From Dendrobates tinctorius (lineage: Eukaryota): DNA of 64,000 nt. The translations under genes and the position numbers were made by a program. Positions 1-12,792 of this stretch are shown here, in pieces. Location: positions 1,364,001 through 1,428,000 of the forward strand of contig NW_027361688.1 of the NCBI RefSeq assembly GCF_039654945.1, in the 5' to 3' direction. Under the pieces are notes generated by a model that had not been told where the DNA came from, ran no database searches, and worked only from the letters and a program-made list of their open reading frames with translations. The stretch's first letter is position 1, and each line of letters begins with the position of its first letter.

Positions 1-49
1 TCGTCGTCCCCATCTTCCATCTCACTGCACAGTATTTCAACCTTGCAAG

Positions 50-340
50 TGCTGTGATCCTGAGCAAGCAGGGGGGGCTCACTCGTTGGTGACGGCACTG
101 GCACAGGGCCCCTGATAGTACGGTGGTGTGTCTGATGGCGGGTGGGCCGAACCTGCACTTTCATCTGCAGCTTCCTCTTTGTCACCGTGTAAGATGGAAC
201 TGTATATGGGAAGGGTAACCTGAGTTTCATCAGGGTCAGATTCAGGCCGTGTAGCGTGCGAGGGGAATGTAGTGGTCTGGGTCAATGTACCAGCAGATTC
301 ATCGAGCAGTGGCTGGGCATCAGTGCACTTGTGTCGCCCC
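50..340 (-). pseudogene. Diverged fragment of a related hAT transposase N-terminal region
   Basis: ORF 79..483 reads CTDAQPLLDESAGTLTQTTT..ESDPDETQVTLP..HGDKE, versus CTDAQPLIDYSAGTFTQSTT..DSDPDETQVPLP..HGDTE in the main transposase. Bases 50-150 also resemble 1738-1838. Confidence 0.75.
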
Positions 341-438
341 CAGGAGTACGGTCGCCACTGTGGCATTACCTTCCTCCTAGGGAGTGTGATGTCATGCTTG
401 GGAGCAACGAAGGATCTCTCTAGCAGGTTAACTGATTG

Positions 439-910
439 GGCGGCGTTATTCCCACGAGTCATGACCCTCCAAACAGCGTTCATGAAGGCAAAGTGTTTGT
501 TTTACGTGGGCAGTATGGTTGCAAAGCTGAACCTTAAAGGAATGTCCAGAAGGGCACCACCAGGAGTGGAGCCTACGGTTAAATTCGACTCCACCTGGGA
601 AACCTCAACCATGCCAGCTACAGAACAGATGCACACATTGCAAGCTTAATTCCGTTAACGAACGAGACTCCGTCATGCCCCGCGGTCCGAGTCCGGCTTA
701 CTAGAGGGACACGTGAGGCTCTGGCACATGAGATTGGCCAATAACTGGTGTGTCATGCCCTTACATGTCCGTGGCTGCATGTGCGCTACACTGAAAAGGC
801 CAGCGTTTGTCGCTTACAGGTGCAGATAACCCGCTGAACAACGTTAGTGATGGGGATCACTGATTACAATTATTACCCGCGAACGATGATTTCCCAGTAA
901 GTGCAGGTCA
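439..910 (+). pseudogene. Diverged 18S rRNA-derived segment (3' half of SSU rRNA) inside the hAT element
   Basis: Colinear conserved 18S motifs: GGCGGCGTTATTCCCA (439), AGTATGGTTGCAAAGCTGAA (512-531), GAAGGGCACCACCAGGAGTGGAGCCT (549-574), TAACGAACGAGACTC (656-670), TAGAGGGACA, ATGCCCTTA.ATGTCCG, GCGCTACACTGA, GTGATGGGGATC and TTCCCAGTAAGTGC (891-904). There are many substitutions and an internal deletion near 646. Confidence 0.92.
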
Positions 911-1019
911 ACCGCAGTTCCGGAATTAGGCCTAACCGTCATTCCTGAAAAAATGAAAAACTTACGTGTGCGAACCACAGGTGCTGTAGGTTGCTTAACA
1001 GCTCGCCAGCCGTTCTCAC

Positions 1020-1685
1020 GCCCAGTATGGATTACACGTGATTGCACAAAGGTGAGAAAGGGTACCGTATCCCCGGATAACATGTATGGATAGCGTACAC
1101 ATTCAAAATATGTCAATACATCTGGAGGCAGGCTCAGACGGTGTTAGGCCCAGTATGGCTTGCACGTGATTGCACAAAGGTGAGAAAGGGTACCGTATCC
1201 CCGGATAACATGTATGGATAGTGTACACATTCAAAATATATGTCTATACATCAGGAGGCAGGCTCAGACGGTGTTAGGCCCAGTATGGATTGCACGTGAT
1301 TGCACAAAGGTGAGAAAGGGTACCGTATCCCCAGATAACATGTATGGATAGCGTACACATTCAAAATATATGTCTATACATCAGGAGGCAAGCTCAGATG
1401 GTGTTAGGCCCAGTATGGATTGCACGTGATTGCACAAAGGTGAGAAAGGGTACCGTATCCCCGGATAACATGTATGGATAGTGTACACATTCAAAATATA
1501 TGTCTATACATCAGGACAGGAGGCAGGCTCAGACGGTGTTAGGCCCAGTATGGATTGCACGTGATTGCACAAAGGTGAGAAAGGGTACCGTATCCCCGGA
1601 TAACATGTATGGATAGCGTACACATTCAAAATATATGTCTATACATCAGGAGGCAGGCTCAGACGGTGTCAGGCACAGTATGGAT
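1020..1685. repeat. ~130-bp tandem array (~5 units) downstream of the transposase, copy 1
   Basis: Unit GGAGGCAGGCTCAGACGGTGTTAGGCCCAGTATGGATTGCACGTGATTGCACAAAGG...CTATACATCA is repeated. Confidence 0.95.
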
Positions 1686-2105
1686 TTGACGGCCCAGACT
1701 ACACAGCGGAGGAGCAGGGAGAGGTAACGATTGCAAATGCTGGGGCCCTGCCCAAGCAAGGGGGGCCCACTCGTGGGCGTCGGTACTGGCACTGGGCCCC
1801 TCATAGTACGGCGGTGTGTCTGACGGCAGGTGTGCACCACCACCGTCAGAGACACTTGATTGCACTATGAGGGACCTTGTGCCAGTGCCCGCGCCCAAGA
1901 GTCGGCCTACCCACCTGTCCAGGGCAACGGCACTCGCACGGTGTCGTGCGCTAGGTGGTGACCCCGGCCATGGGGGGGGAGGCAGCACAGTTAGGGAGTT
2001 TTAGAAAGTGGCATATGTTGATGTTGGACATTCAGCTGATGCAAAAGGCGAAATAGGTCAAGTCCCAGGAAGAGGTGGACCAAAGCAAGCCATTTTTCTG
2101 TCACC

Positions 2106-5100
2106 CTATGTGTCATCAGGGGAAGGTGGGACAAAATCCTTGGAAACCCATGCATGGTTCATTTTAGTGAAGGTTAGATCATCCACATTTTGGGTTGACA
2201 GACGGGTCCTTTTTTCTGTCAGGATTGATCCAGCTGCACTGAAGACTCTTTCCGATAGCACACTTGCAGCTGGGCAAGCGAGCTCCTGTAAGGCATATTG
2301 TGCCAATTCAGGCCAGGTGTCCAGTTTAGCGGCCCAATAGTCAAAGGGGAATGACCTGTGTGGGAGAACATCGATATGGGAGGAAAAGTAGTTTGTAACC
2401 ATAGTTGACAACTGCTGTCTCCTGTCACTTTCCATCGATTCAGTATTACCAGTTGTGTGAGCGGTACTTGAAAAATCAGTCCACAACATTGTCATGAAAC
2501 CCCTGTCTCCAACTCCACTTCTGCTGTGTGCACCATGAACACCTCTGCCAAGCTGCCCCCGGCCCGTACGGCTCGTGTGAGAACCATCACCTCTGCTGTG
2601 TGCTGGGAATGCCTCAAGCAACTGATTTACCAGAGTCGCTTGTTTATTAGCCAATATTAGGTCAAGGTTCTCCTGTGGCATGGTGTTTTGTAATTTGCCT
2701 TTATAGCGTGGATCCAGGATGCTGGCCAACCATTAGTCGTCATCGTTCATCATTTTGGCAATGCGGGGGTCCCTTTTTAGGATCTGCAAGGCATAATCTG
2801 ACATGTGGGCCAATGTTCCCGGTGTCAATGATGCACTGCGAGTGCTGGGTGGAGGAGCACTTTCTGGCAAATCCACATCCCTCCAGTCACGCACAAACCC
2901 TGTATCAGACCTTGCCACGCCAACATTTTCACTTGCCCCACGAGATGCATCCTCCTCCCCTAAGTAATCATCCCCATCATCATCATCCTCCTCCTCTTCT
3001 TCCTCCACCTCGTCCAGGAGAGGTCCCTGAGCAGACAATGGCTGAATGTCATCAAGGATTTCCCTCCTTCTCTTCCTCCTCATGAACATTGGCTGCAGAC
3101 GCCTGCTCCTTAAGGTGCGTCAAAGTTTGCATGAGCAGACGCATAAGTGGGATGCTCATGCTTAGGATGGCGTCGTCTGCTCTTACCAGCCGTGTGCATT
3201 CCTCAAAACACTGAAGGACTTTACAGAGGTCTTTCAGCTTCGACCACTGCACACCTGTCAACTCCATGTCTGCTCTCAAAGTGCCTGGCCGTGTATCCTC
3301 CCACAAATGCATTATAGCCTGCCTCTGCTCGCACAGCCGCTCCACCATGTGCAGGGTGGAGTTCCACCTTGTTGCAATGTCGATAATGAGGCGGTGGTTG
3401 GGAAGGTGGAGCAATCGCTGCAGCTTCTGCATACTAACGGAGTGTACAGGCGACCGGCGGATGTGAGCGCACAGTCTTCGCACCTTCTGGAGCAGGGCTG
3501 TTAACTCCGGATAATTTTTGAGGAAGCACTGCACCACCAGGTTCAAGGTGTGAGCCAAGCAAGGTATGTGGCTGAGTTTTGAAAGGGCTATGGCTGCCAC
3601 AAAATTACGGCCGTTATCACTAACTACCTTGCCTGCCTCAAGATGTACACTGCCCAGCCATGACTCAGTTTGTCGCTTCAAGTACTCGGCCAGCACCTCG
3701 GCGGTGTGTCTGTCGCCCAAACACATCATCTGCAACACAGCCTGCTGACGCTTTCCACTAGCTGCTCGATAGGGGGACACCTCGTGTGCAACAGTGGCAT
3801 CTGCAGATGGAGTGCTGGTACGACTGCGCTCTGTGGACGAGCTTTCGCTTCTGGAGGAGGAGGAGGGTCGAACGCCTACAGCCAACTGTTTCCTATACCG
3901 TGAGCTAGGCAGCACTGTCCCACCACCGCTGTCCCCTGTGGACCCTGCATCCACATTAACCCAGTGCGCAGTGATGGACACGTAACGGCCCTGGCCATGC
4001 CGACTGGACCATGCATCAGTTGTGAGGTGCACCTTTCCGCTCACTGACTGCTTGAGTGCATGGACAATGCGGTCTTTCACATGATGGTGGAGGGCTGGGA
4101 TGGCTTTGCGAGAGAAGAAGTGGCGACTGGGTAGGTCATAGCGTGGTACTGCATAGGCCATGAGTTCGCGGAAAGCTGCGCTTTCCACCAACTGATAGGG
4201 CATCATCTCAAACGAGATTAGTTTGGCAATGTGGGCGTTCAAACCCAGTGTACGTGGATGAGAGACTGAGTACTTTCTTGACCTACTCATAGTGTCTGGG
4301 AGGGTGAGCTGGACTTGAGAGCTGCATATGGTGGAAGTAGCGGTGGACAGGGCTGACTGAGAGAGGGTTGATGATGGTGATGGAGTTGATGTTCTTTCTG
4401 ATGGCCTAGATTCAGTATTTCGTTGATATAACAGTGGGATTCCCTGACTGCTGTGGCCTTGCAACGACACCTCAACATTTGCTGCTGTGCTAACCGGTGG
4501 GTTTACAGTGGGGGAAACAATGTAGCGTTGTTGACTACCTTCTTTGTGATCAGTTGCACATGTGGCACTTGAGATTTGGTGTTGTGTCCACACTTGCAAG
4601 TGCATGCTGGTTAAATGTCTAAGCATGCAACTGGTATTCAAATTTTTCAGATTTTTCCCTCGGCTAAAGGTCTTTGCGCACTTCTTACAGATAACCTTGG
4701 CCTGATCATGAGGATTTTGTTCAAAAAACTGCCACACTGCACTCTTCCTACTTTGGCAGACATTTTGCGGCCTAGCACGCTGTGATCTTTTGACCGTCTG
4801 GACAAGCTGTCCAGCAACTCTTTTGATTTTTGGAACCTGTCTTTGGAGTGCTCCGGGCCTGCCAGATAACAACAGCTGTTGCGATGTCGATGTCTGCTGT
4901 GGATGCTCCTCCTCATCTGAGCTATTGGAAGCAGCACCCTCTTCCCCCAATGGATGCCAATCACCATCATCCATCACCTCCTCTTCAATGTCATGTGCAC
5001 CTTTCTCTGTGTCACCGTGTATGGTGGTATAGTGTGCGGGAAGGGGCACCTGAGTCTCATCAGGGTCAGAATCTGGCTCTGTACACTGCGAGGACAATGT

Positions 5101-5631
5101 AGTGCTCTGAGTGAATGTACCAGCAGAATAATCTATCAGCGGCTGTGCATCAGTGCACTCCATGTCAGATTCATCTTGGCCTGGGTAATTCACCATTTCA
5201 CTTGATAATCCAGGCATGGTATGTGAAAACAGCTCCATGGAGTAATCAGTAGTATGGCCTGCGTCATCCTTCAATCTTGGTTGGGGTGAAGGACACAAGG
5301 AAAGGTGTGGTTCATGAACATGAGCCTCCAATGACGACTCAGTGCTTTTACTTTTTACAACTTCAGAAGAGGAGGCGATAGAGCTGGAGGCTGAGTCAGC
5401 AATGTAAGACAAAACTTTTTCCTGAAGCTCTGGCTTTAAAAGCGGTTTGCCAACTACTAGAAAACTAAGCCTTCGAGGCCTTGTGGAGCCAGACGATAAC
5501 GCAGGCTCAACACCTCCTGCATTCGGTCCTATTTTGCTTTTGCCACTACCATCAGATCCACCACCAACACCATCATTACCAGCTGCCAACCCCCGCCCAA
5601 TTCCACGGCCTCTTCCACCAGCCTTCCTCAT
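2106..5631 (-). pseudogene. hAT transposase (BED zinc finger, DDE core, hATC dimerisation domain), disrupted
   Basis: BED finger SAVWQFF..ICKKC..MLRHLTSMH, plus TTDAW, VSDNGRN, CLAH, TRWNS and SERVFS. Frameshift near 3060 and a premature stop at 2733 (DDY->DD*). Likely ATG at 5631 (MRKAGG). Confidence 0.92.
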
Positions 5632-5705
5632 TTTTGGTAGAAATGTAGACAAAATCCAACAAACTATATAGTAATGTAAAACAAGGTACAAGGTGTCTAT
5701 AGGAC

Positions 5706-6162
5706 GGGAGATTTTGAATTTCTGCACACACTAGTGGACACTGGACACTTTTGGATTGTGTGAGGCCCACTGAATATCAGAGCGCTATGTCACAGGCTCG
5801 ATGGCACAGGTGTGAAAAAAGTGACTACAGGATAAGGGAGATTTTGAATTTCTGCACACACTAGTGGACACTGGACACTTTTGGATTGTGTGAGGCCCAC
5901 TGAATATCAGAGCGCTATGTCACAGGCTCGATGGCACAGGTGTGAAAAAAGTCACTACAGGATAAGGGAGATTTTGAATTTCTGCAGACACTAGTGGACA
6001 CTGGACACTTTTGGATTGTGTGAGGCCCACTGAATATCAGAGCGCTATGTCACAGGCTCGATGGCACAGGTGTGAAAAAAGTGACTACAGGATAAGGGAG
6101 ATTTTGAATTTCTGCAGACACTAGTGGACACTGGACACTTTTGGATTGTGTGAGGCCCACTG
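5706..6162. repeat. 130-bp tandem array (~3.5 units) upstream of the transposase, copy 1
   Basis: GGGAGATTTTGAAT... recurs at 5706, 5836, 5966 and 6096. Confidence 0.95.
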
Positions 6163-6477
6163 ACGCTGTATGGTGTGAAAAAATGCACGCTCAGTACCTC
6201 AGCAGGAGAAAAAAAAAAATTGGGATTGCTTTTAAAAAAGCAGTTTGCAGAGCAGTGGGTAAACAGCAATGCAGCTGTCAGGAAGCCTTAGAAGGCAGCC
6301 TAACAACCAACACCGCTGATCCACCACAATATAGCCTCCCCTTGCACTGCACACACAGTGACTGGTGTGTTGTACAGGCAAAATCGCTAGCAGCAGAAGC
6401 AGTTTTTTTTTCTTCTTCCCTGCCTAAAGCTCTCCCTACAGAATCAGCAACCTCTCCCTATGCTAAGATCGGTAGAA

Positions 6478-6630
6478 GTAAGATGGCGCTTGGCGTGCAC
6501 GCCCTTTTATAACCCCTGTGACGCCCACCAAAGCAAGCCAATCACTTGCATGCCCTTCTGAAAGATGGTGGTGACCCGTGCCTATGTCATCATGTTGCCC
6601 ACAGTGTCCGTGGATCCTGATTGGCTGAAA
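6478..6630 (-). promoter_or_regulatory. Putative Pol II promoter of the hAT transposase
   Basis: On the minus strand: CCAAT (~6620), an inverted CCAAT (~6540), TATAAAA (~6505-6511) and GCCATCTT (YY1-like, ~6480-6487). The layout is conserved in copy 2 (~62980-63125). Confidence 0.5.
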
Positions 6631-6786
6631 AAGAGCGCAAAACAAACTTTTGAAACGCGACTTTGGCGCGTAAGTCGCCGACCTCGTGGCCGACCTCATC
6701 CTAGGGTCGGGTTTCGTTTCATGAAACCCGACTTTGCCAAAAGTCGGCGACTTTTGAAATTTTTCGACCCGTTTCGCTCAACTCTA

Positions 6787-8651
6787 GTACCGATGCCAGT
6801 CTGAGAGGCTGGGGAGCCGTGGTCGAGGATTCATACTTCCAGGGGCAGTGGCCCCAGAACATAAGATCCGGATCTTCGAACTTAAGGGAGTTCACGGCGG
6901 TGGAAGTCACTGAAGGCCGCATCAACCCTTGTCAAGAACCATCATGTTCGATCGAATATACTCTGACAACGTGACCACGGTGGCATATCTCAGACACCAA
7001 GGGGGCACAAGGTACGCCAGTCTAAAGAAGGTAGCAGCAAGGATCTTCCTCTGGGCACCTGTTATCCATTTCTGCGGTACACTTGAAGGGGTCGGAAAAC
7101 ATCCAGGCAGACTTCCTGAGCAGAAAGGACGTCCATCCAGGAGAATGGTGTCTAAACCAAGAGGTCTTCCAGGCTCTAGCCTCGAGAGGTTGGGAACCAG
7201 AGGTCGACCTGTTCGCGAATGCACAAAATACAAAAGCAGCGACCGATTTCTCTCTCAGTCCCACGTACGGAGCCAAGGGGACGGATGCATTTGCCCATCC
7301 ATGGGTCTTCAGAATGGCCTACGCCTTTCCACCAATCCCGATGCTGGCAAAAACGTTACAAAAGATCAGAGCAGACTGGGTCACGACAATCCTGGTGGCT
7401 CCCATGTGGCCAGGACGAAGCTGGTACAGGGCTCTGTTGGATATGGCCCAAGAAGGTCCCTTGCTTCTACCCCAGAAGACCGACCTCCTTTTCCAGGGTC
7501 CATTACTACACCCGAACCCAACCAAGTTATGTCTAGCAGCTTGGTTATTGAGGCCAACATTCTGAGGGACAAAGGGTTGTCAAATGAGGTAATCCGGACC
7601 CTTCAAAAAAGTAGAAAGCCGGTAACAAATGCAATTTACGGCAAAGTATGGAAAAAATTTTCCTCCTGGTGCCTTCCGGGGGCCCCTGACCCCACCCACC
7701 CAAATATTGCCCAAATACTAGACTTCCTGCAGAAAGGGTTAGATCTAGGGCTTACTCCAAGTAGATTGAAAGTACAGGTATCTGCCCTTAGTTCTTTTTT
7801 TGACCAAGACCTAGCCAAACACCGCTGGGTCAAGCGGTTCATGACAGCGGGGCAGGCAGAATTCACCCTTCGCTCCCTAATCGGGTTCCTCCCTGGGATC
7901 TTAATTTAGTGCTCAATAGCCTAACACAGGCCCCGTTTGATCCCCTGTCAGAAATCCCATTAAAAATTCTCACACTTAAAACGGTGTTTCTGGCGGCAAT
8001 CACATCGGCTAGACGGGTGGGGGAGCTGCAGGCCCTTTCAGTACAGGAACCTTACCTCCTACTCAATTCAGACAGTATAGTACTGCGTCTAGACCCCTCC
8101 TTTATGCCCAAAGTGGTGTCAGACTTTCATAGAAGTCAAGATATCGTGTTGCCCTCATTTTGCCCAAATCCTTCTAATCCGAAGGTAGGAAAATTTCATA
8201 CCTTGGATGTCCGCAGGGTAGTTCTCGGCTACCTCGAGGCAACCAACGATTGGAGAATCGATCAGAACCTGTTCCTTCAGTATTCGGGAAGAAATAAGGG
8301 AAAAAAAGTGGCAAAGAACACGATAGTGGGTTGGATCAAGCAGTCCATCTCCCTGGCATATTTTTCAAGACATCTCTCCCGCATCGTTAAAATCCCACTC
8401 CACTCGATCAGTCGCTACTTCCTGGGCAGCATGAGGAAATACGTCTTCGGAGCAGATATGCAGAGCGGCTACCTGGTCCTCTGTGCACACCTTTACCAGA
8501 CACTATAGAATGGATTTCAATAGGGATCTGACGTTCGGCAGACGCGTCTTGCAAGTCGTAGTCCCTCCCTAAAAAATTAACGTAGGCATGACTCCAAGGT
8601 GGTTGTCGGGGAAGGTTCCTAGAAATCGAATTACCGGTAAGTCTAATTCTA
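6787..8651 (+). mobile_element. DIRS1-type retrotransposon, 3' part (RNase H/methyltransferase-like and tyrosine recombinase), left-arm copy
   Basis: ORFs with SDNVTTVAYLRHQGGT, VDLFA..DAF..AYAFPP and TSARRVGEL..HS. Inverted homologue of 45143-46980, with multiple frameshifts. Confidence 0.92.
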
Positions 8652-9779
8652 TTTTTTTTCCACAAAAATTATCTTTTCGCCCCCATATTTTTATTTTTAC
8701 AAGGGTAACAGGAGAAATCATACCCCCACAGTTGTTGTGCGATTTGTCCTGAGTACGCCGATACCCCTTATGTGGGGGGGAACCACTGTTTGAGTGTATG
8801 GGAGAGCTCGGAAGGGAAGGAGTGCCATTTTGGAATGCAGACTGATGGAATGGTCTGCGGGCGTCATGTTGCGTTTGCAGGGCCCCTGATGGGCCTAAAC
8901 AGTGGAAATCCCCCACAAGTGACCCCATTTTGGAAATTAGACCCCCTAAAGAACTTGTCTAGATGTGTAGTGAGCACTTTGAACCACCAAGCACTTCACA
9001 GAAGTTTATAAACGCGGAGCCGTGAAAATAAATTCTTTTATTTCCACAAGTGATTTTTTTAGACCCAATTTTTAGACCCCCAAAGTTGGTAAATAGTGGA
9101 AACCCCTCAATTCTTGTTCAACCCTAATCCTAGTTCGCCCTAACCCTAATGGAAAACTGAAAAAACAAAAAATATTTTCTTTATTTCGTTATGTTGGCCT
9201 AACTAAGGGGGTGATAAACGGGGGGATTAAATACTATTTTGTTTATTTTGATCACTATGATAGTTTATCAATCGTGATCAAAACGAATGAATGGAATCTG
9301 ACAGCCAGAGCCTGCAGATTCCCAGCGGGCGCACTGCTCATGCGCCCGCCATTTTCTCCAGATCCAAGATGGCAGCGCCCACCGGAGGGCGCGGGACCAC
9401 CGGGAGGGGACCCTGGACCACGGAGAGGTACCGGGGGGGGGGGGGGGGGAGGGGAGAGATCGGGGACCCTAGTTCTCTCTCCTCTGATGTGCGATCACAT
9501 CAGAGGAAAGAAAAATTTAATGCACAATTGCGGCTTGCTTTTTTTTTTTCCGGTCGTCGTTATATGGTTAATAAGGGCGATCGCAAAAGCGGGGTCGGTA
9601 AAAACCGACCGATTCAAGTTCTCTGGGGTCTCGGCTACCCCCGGCAGCAGAGACCCCGGAAAAAATCCGACACTGGGGGGCGCTATTCACTTTCTCCACA
9701 GCGCCGTGAATTAGCGGTGCTGTGGTTTTAGTACAGTTAAATACCGCCGTTAAAAGGCGTATCGGCGGTCACTAAGGGG
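8652..9779. mobile_element. Non-autonomous piggyBac-like element, terminal part (left arm)
   Basis: Ends GTCACTAAGGGG|TTAA (9780-9783). Mirror of 39809-40870. Confidence 0.75.
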
Positions 9780-10198
9780 TTAACTTGTGGATAGCATTGT
9801 TTAATGCAAACTACCGTAATTATACATCCCAGTTATGGTGGCGCACAGTAATGTGCAGCAGCTGCCTGTTTTACAGTCGACGCTCCACTGCATCAGGGAT
9901 AACGGCTAAGGTATTTGCATACTGCTGTAGGGGCCCAGACACCCCAGCCCTGGATACAGCACTAGATGGATGAAGGGTATCATTTACTTTATAGCAGTAT
10001 GCAGCACTATATAGACATGCACAGCATTAAATGGATGTTCATATATGGTGGGTATACAGCAGTATAAGAATTTACAGCACTACATGACGTTATATAGCAA
10101 TGTTTGTGAACAGCACTATAAGGTGGTATACATGACAGATCAGTACACAGATCACTCCAGAGATCAGCGGCGTCAGCTCCTGTGGGGACGGTGTGGGT

Positions 10199-10214
10199 GG
10201 CTCTTAGAAGAGCC
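10199..10214 (-). terminator. Histone mRNA 3' stem-loop (H2A)
   Basis: ACCCAAA GGCTCTTCTAAGAGCC ACCCA on the minus strand. Confidence 0.95.
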
Positions 10215-10252
10215 TTTGGGTTGTGTGGATGATACGGGGTCGGTGGCAGCAC

Positions 10253-11356
<1,104 letters not shown>

Positions 11357-11387
11357 TCTGCTCTGTTCTCTGCACCCACAACCCAAA

Positions 11388-11403
11388 GGCTCTTCTAAGA
11401 GCC
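11388..11403 (+). terminator. Histone mRNA 3' stem-loop (H2B)
   Basis: GGCTCTTCTAAGAGCC, followed by an HDE-like CAGAGCTG. Confidence 0.95.
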
Positions 11404-12264
11404 ACCACCCCGTCTACAGCAGAGCTGTGGCTGCGTGTCTGTATCTCGCGCCTCTCCCTGGGGAATGTGTCTGCACTTACTGGCACCTCGTGTGTTAGCT
11501 GGAGGAAGAGATCAGATTAATGTATCTGGCATTAGAGGTTGGGGATTAAAGGATAGTAAAATGGAGAGGGAGATGAGGGTTGTAGTGAGATGTAGAATGA
11601 TGGGGAACATCAGGAATAGTCTGACAGTGGAGGAGCAGGTGCAGGCAGCCATAGATGATCGGTTGCTCCTCTCATTGAATCCGGTTCTCTCCCAGAGCGC
11701 TGGGGCCTGGTGTCCATTGTTCTGCTGATAGTAGGTGGAGATGGGCTGTTGGCTCTTTGTAGTCAGCGATGTTTCCAGCAGTTTGTCCTCATTCTGATCA
11801 GAGCTCTCTGCACTTTCTCACTGACGTTCCACTGATATTACACACCCTTTTCTCCGCAGATTGGTGGAGGCTCCTGGTCAATAAGATCCCAAAGATTGAT
11901 CTATTTCTAGGTCTGAATCTCACATTGTCATTGAGAAGCCGATCACTTGTTTATCGCAGCAGAACCTGTCACTGAGATAAATGAGCAGAGCACAATATGG
12001 AGGGTATAAAGCACAATATGGGGGTTTATAGCACTACATGGAGAAATATAGTGGTATATTACAGGTATACAGCAGTATATGGCGGTTATACATTACTCTA
12101 TGGATGGAGAGAATATAGCAGGTCCGGCTCTCGCATTGTAATTACTCCGAGCAGGATGTCACCGCGGAGAGGAATCAGGTTTCTGACTATTTTTAGTGTT
12201 ATCCCTGTAGAAGTGGAAAAGAACAAAACAATGAGCGGGAAAATCAAAATCACTAACATTTCTG

Positions 12265-12744
<480 letters not shown>

Positions 12745-12776
12745 TTGTATTCTCTTCTCTATCCTGACAACCCAAA

Positions 12777-12792
12777 GGCTCTTTTAAGAGCC
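12777..12792 (+). terminator. Histone mRNA 3' stem-loop (H4)
   Basis: CCCAAA GGCTCTTTTAAGAGCC ACCCA. Confidence 0.95.

Larger units (their letters stand above)
1..6786 (-). mobile_element. hAT DNA transposon, copy 1 (3' terminus lies outside the window)
   Basis: Ends in TCGCTCAACTCTA (6774-6786), the same TIR as copy 2. It is followed by GTACCGAT and DIRS sequence. Colinear with 56886-63283 from position 977 onward and contains a hAT transposase. Confidence 0.93.

Noticed and set aside
439-910. Functional rRNA gene or rDNA unit
   Set aside because: Partial, internally deleted and mutated at conserved positions, with no ITS, 5.8S or 28S.
977-1010. Resemblance of ACAGGTGCTG...CAGCTCG to a bacterial 16S motif
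   Set aside because: Too short and not extended by the flanking sequence.
1020-1685. CRISPR-like array
   Set aside because: Units repeat in full with no unique spacers; eukaryotic context with no cas genes.
11640-11990. Possible exon between H2B and H4
   Set aside because: An acceptor-like site exists on the minus strand, but all frames contain stops and I recognise no protein.
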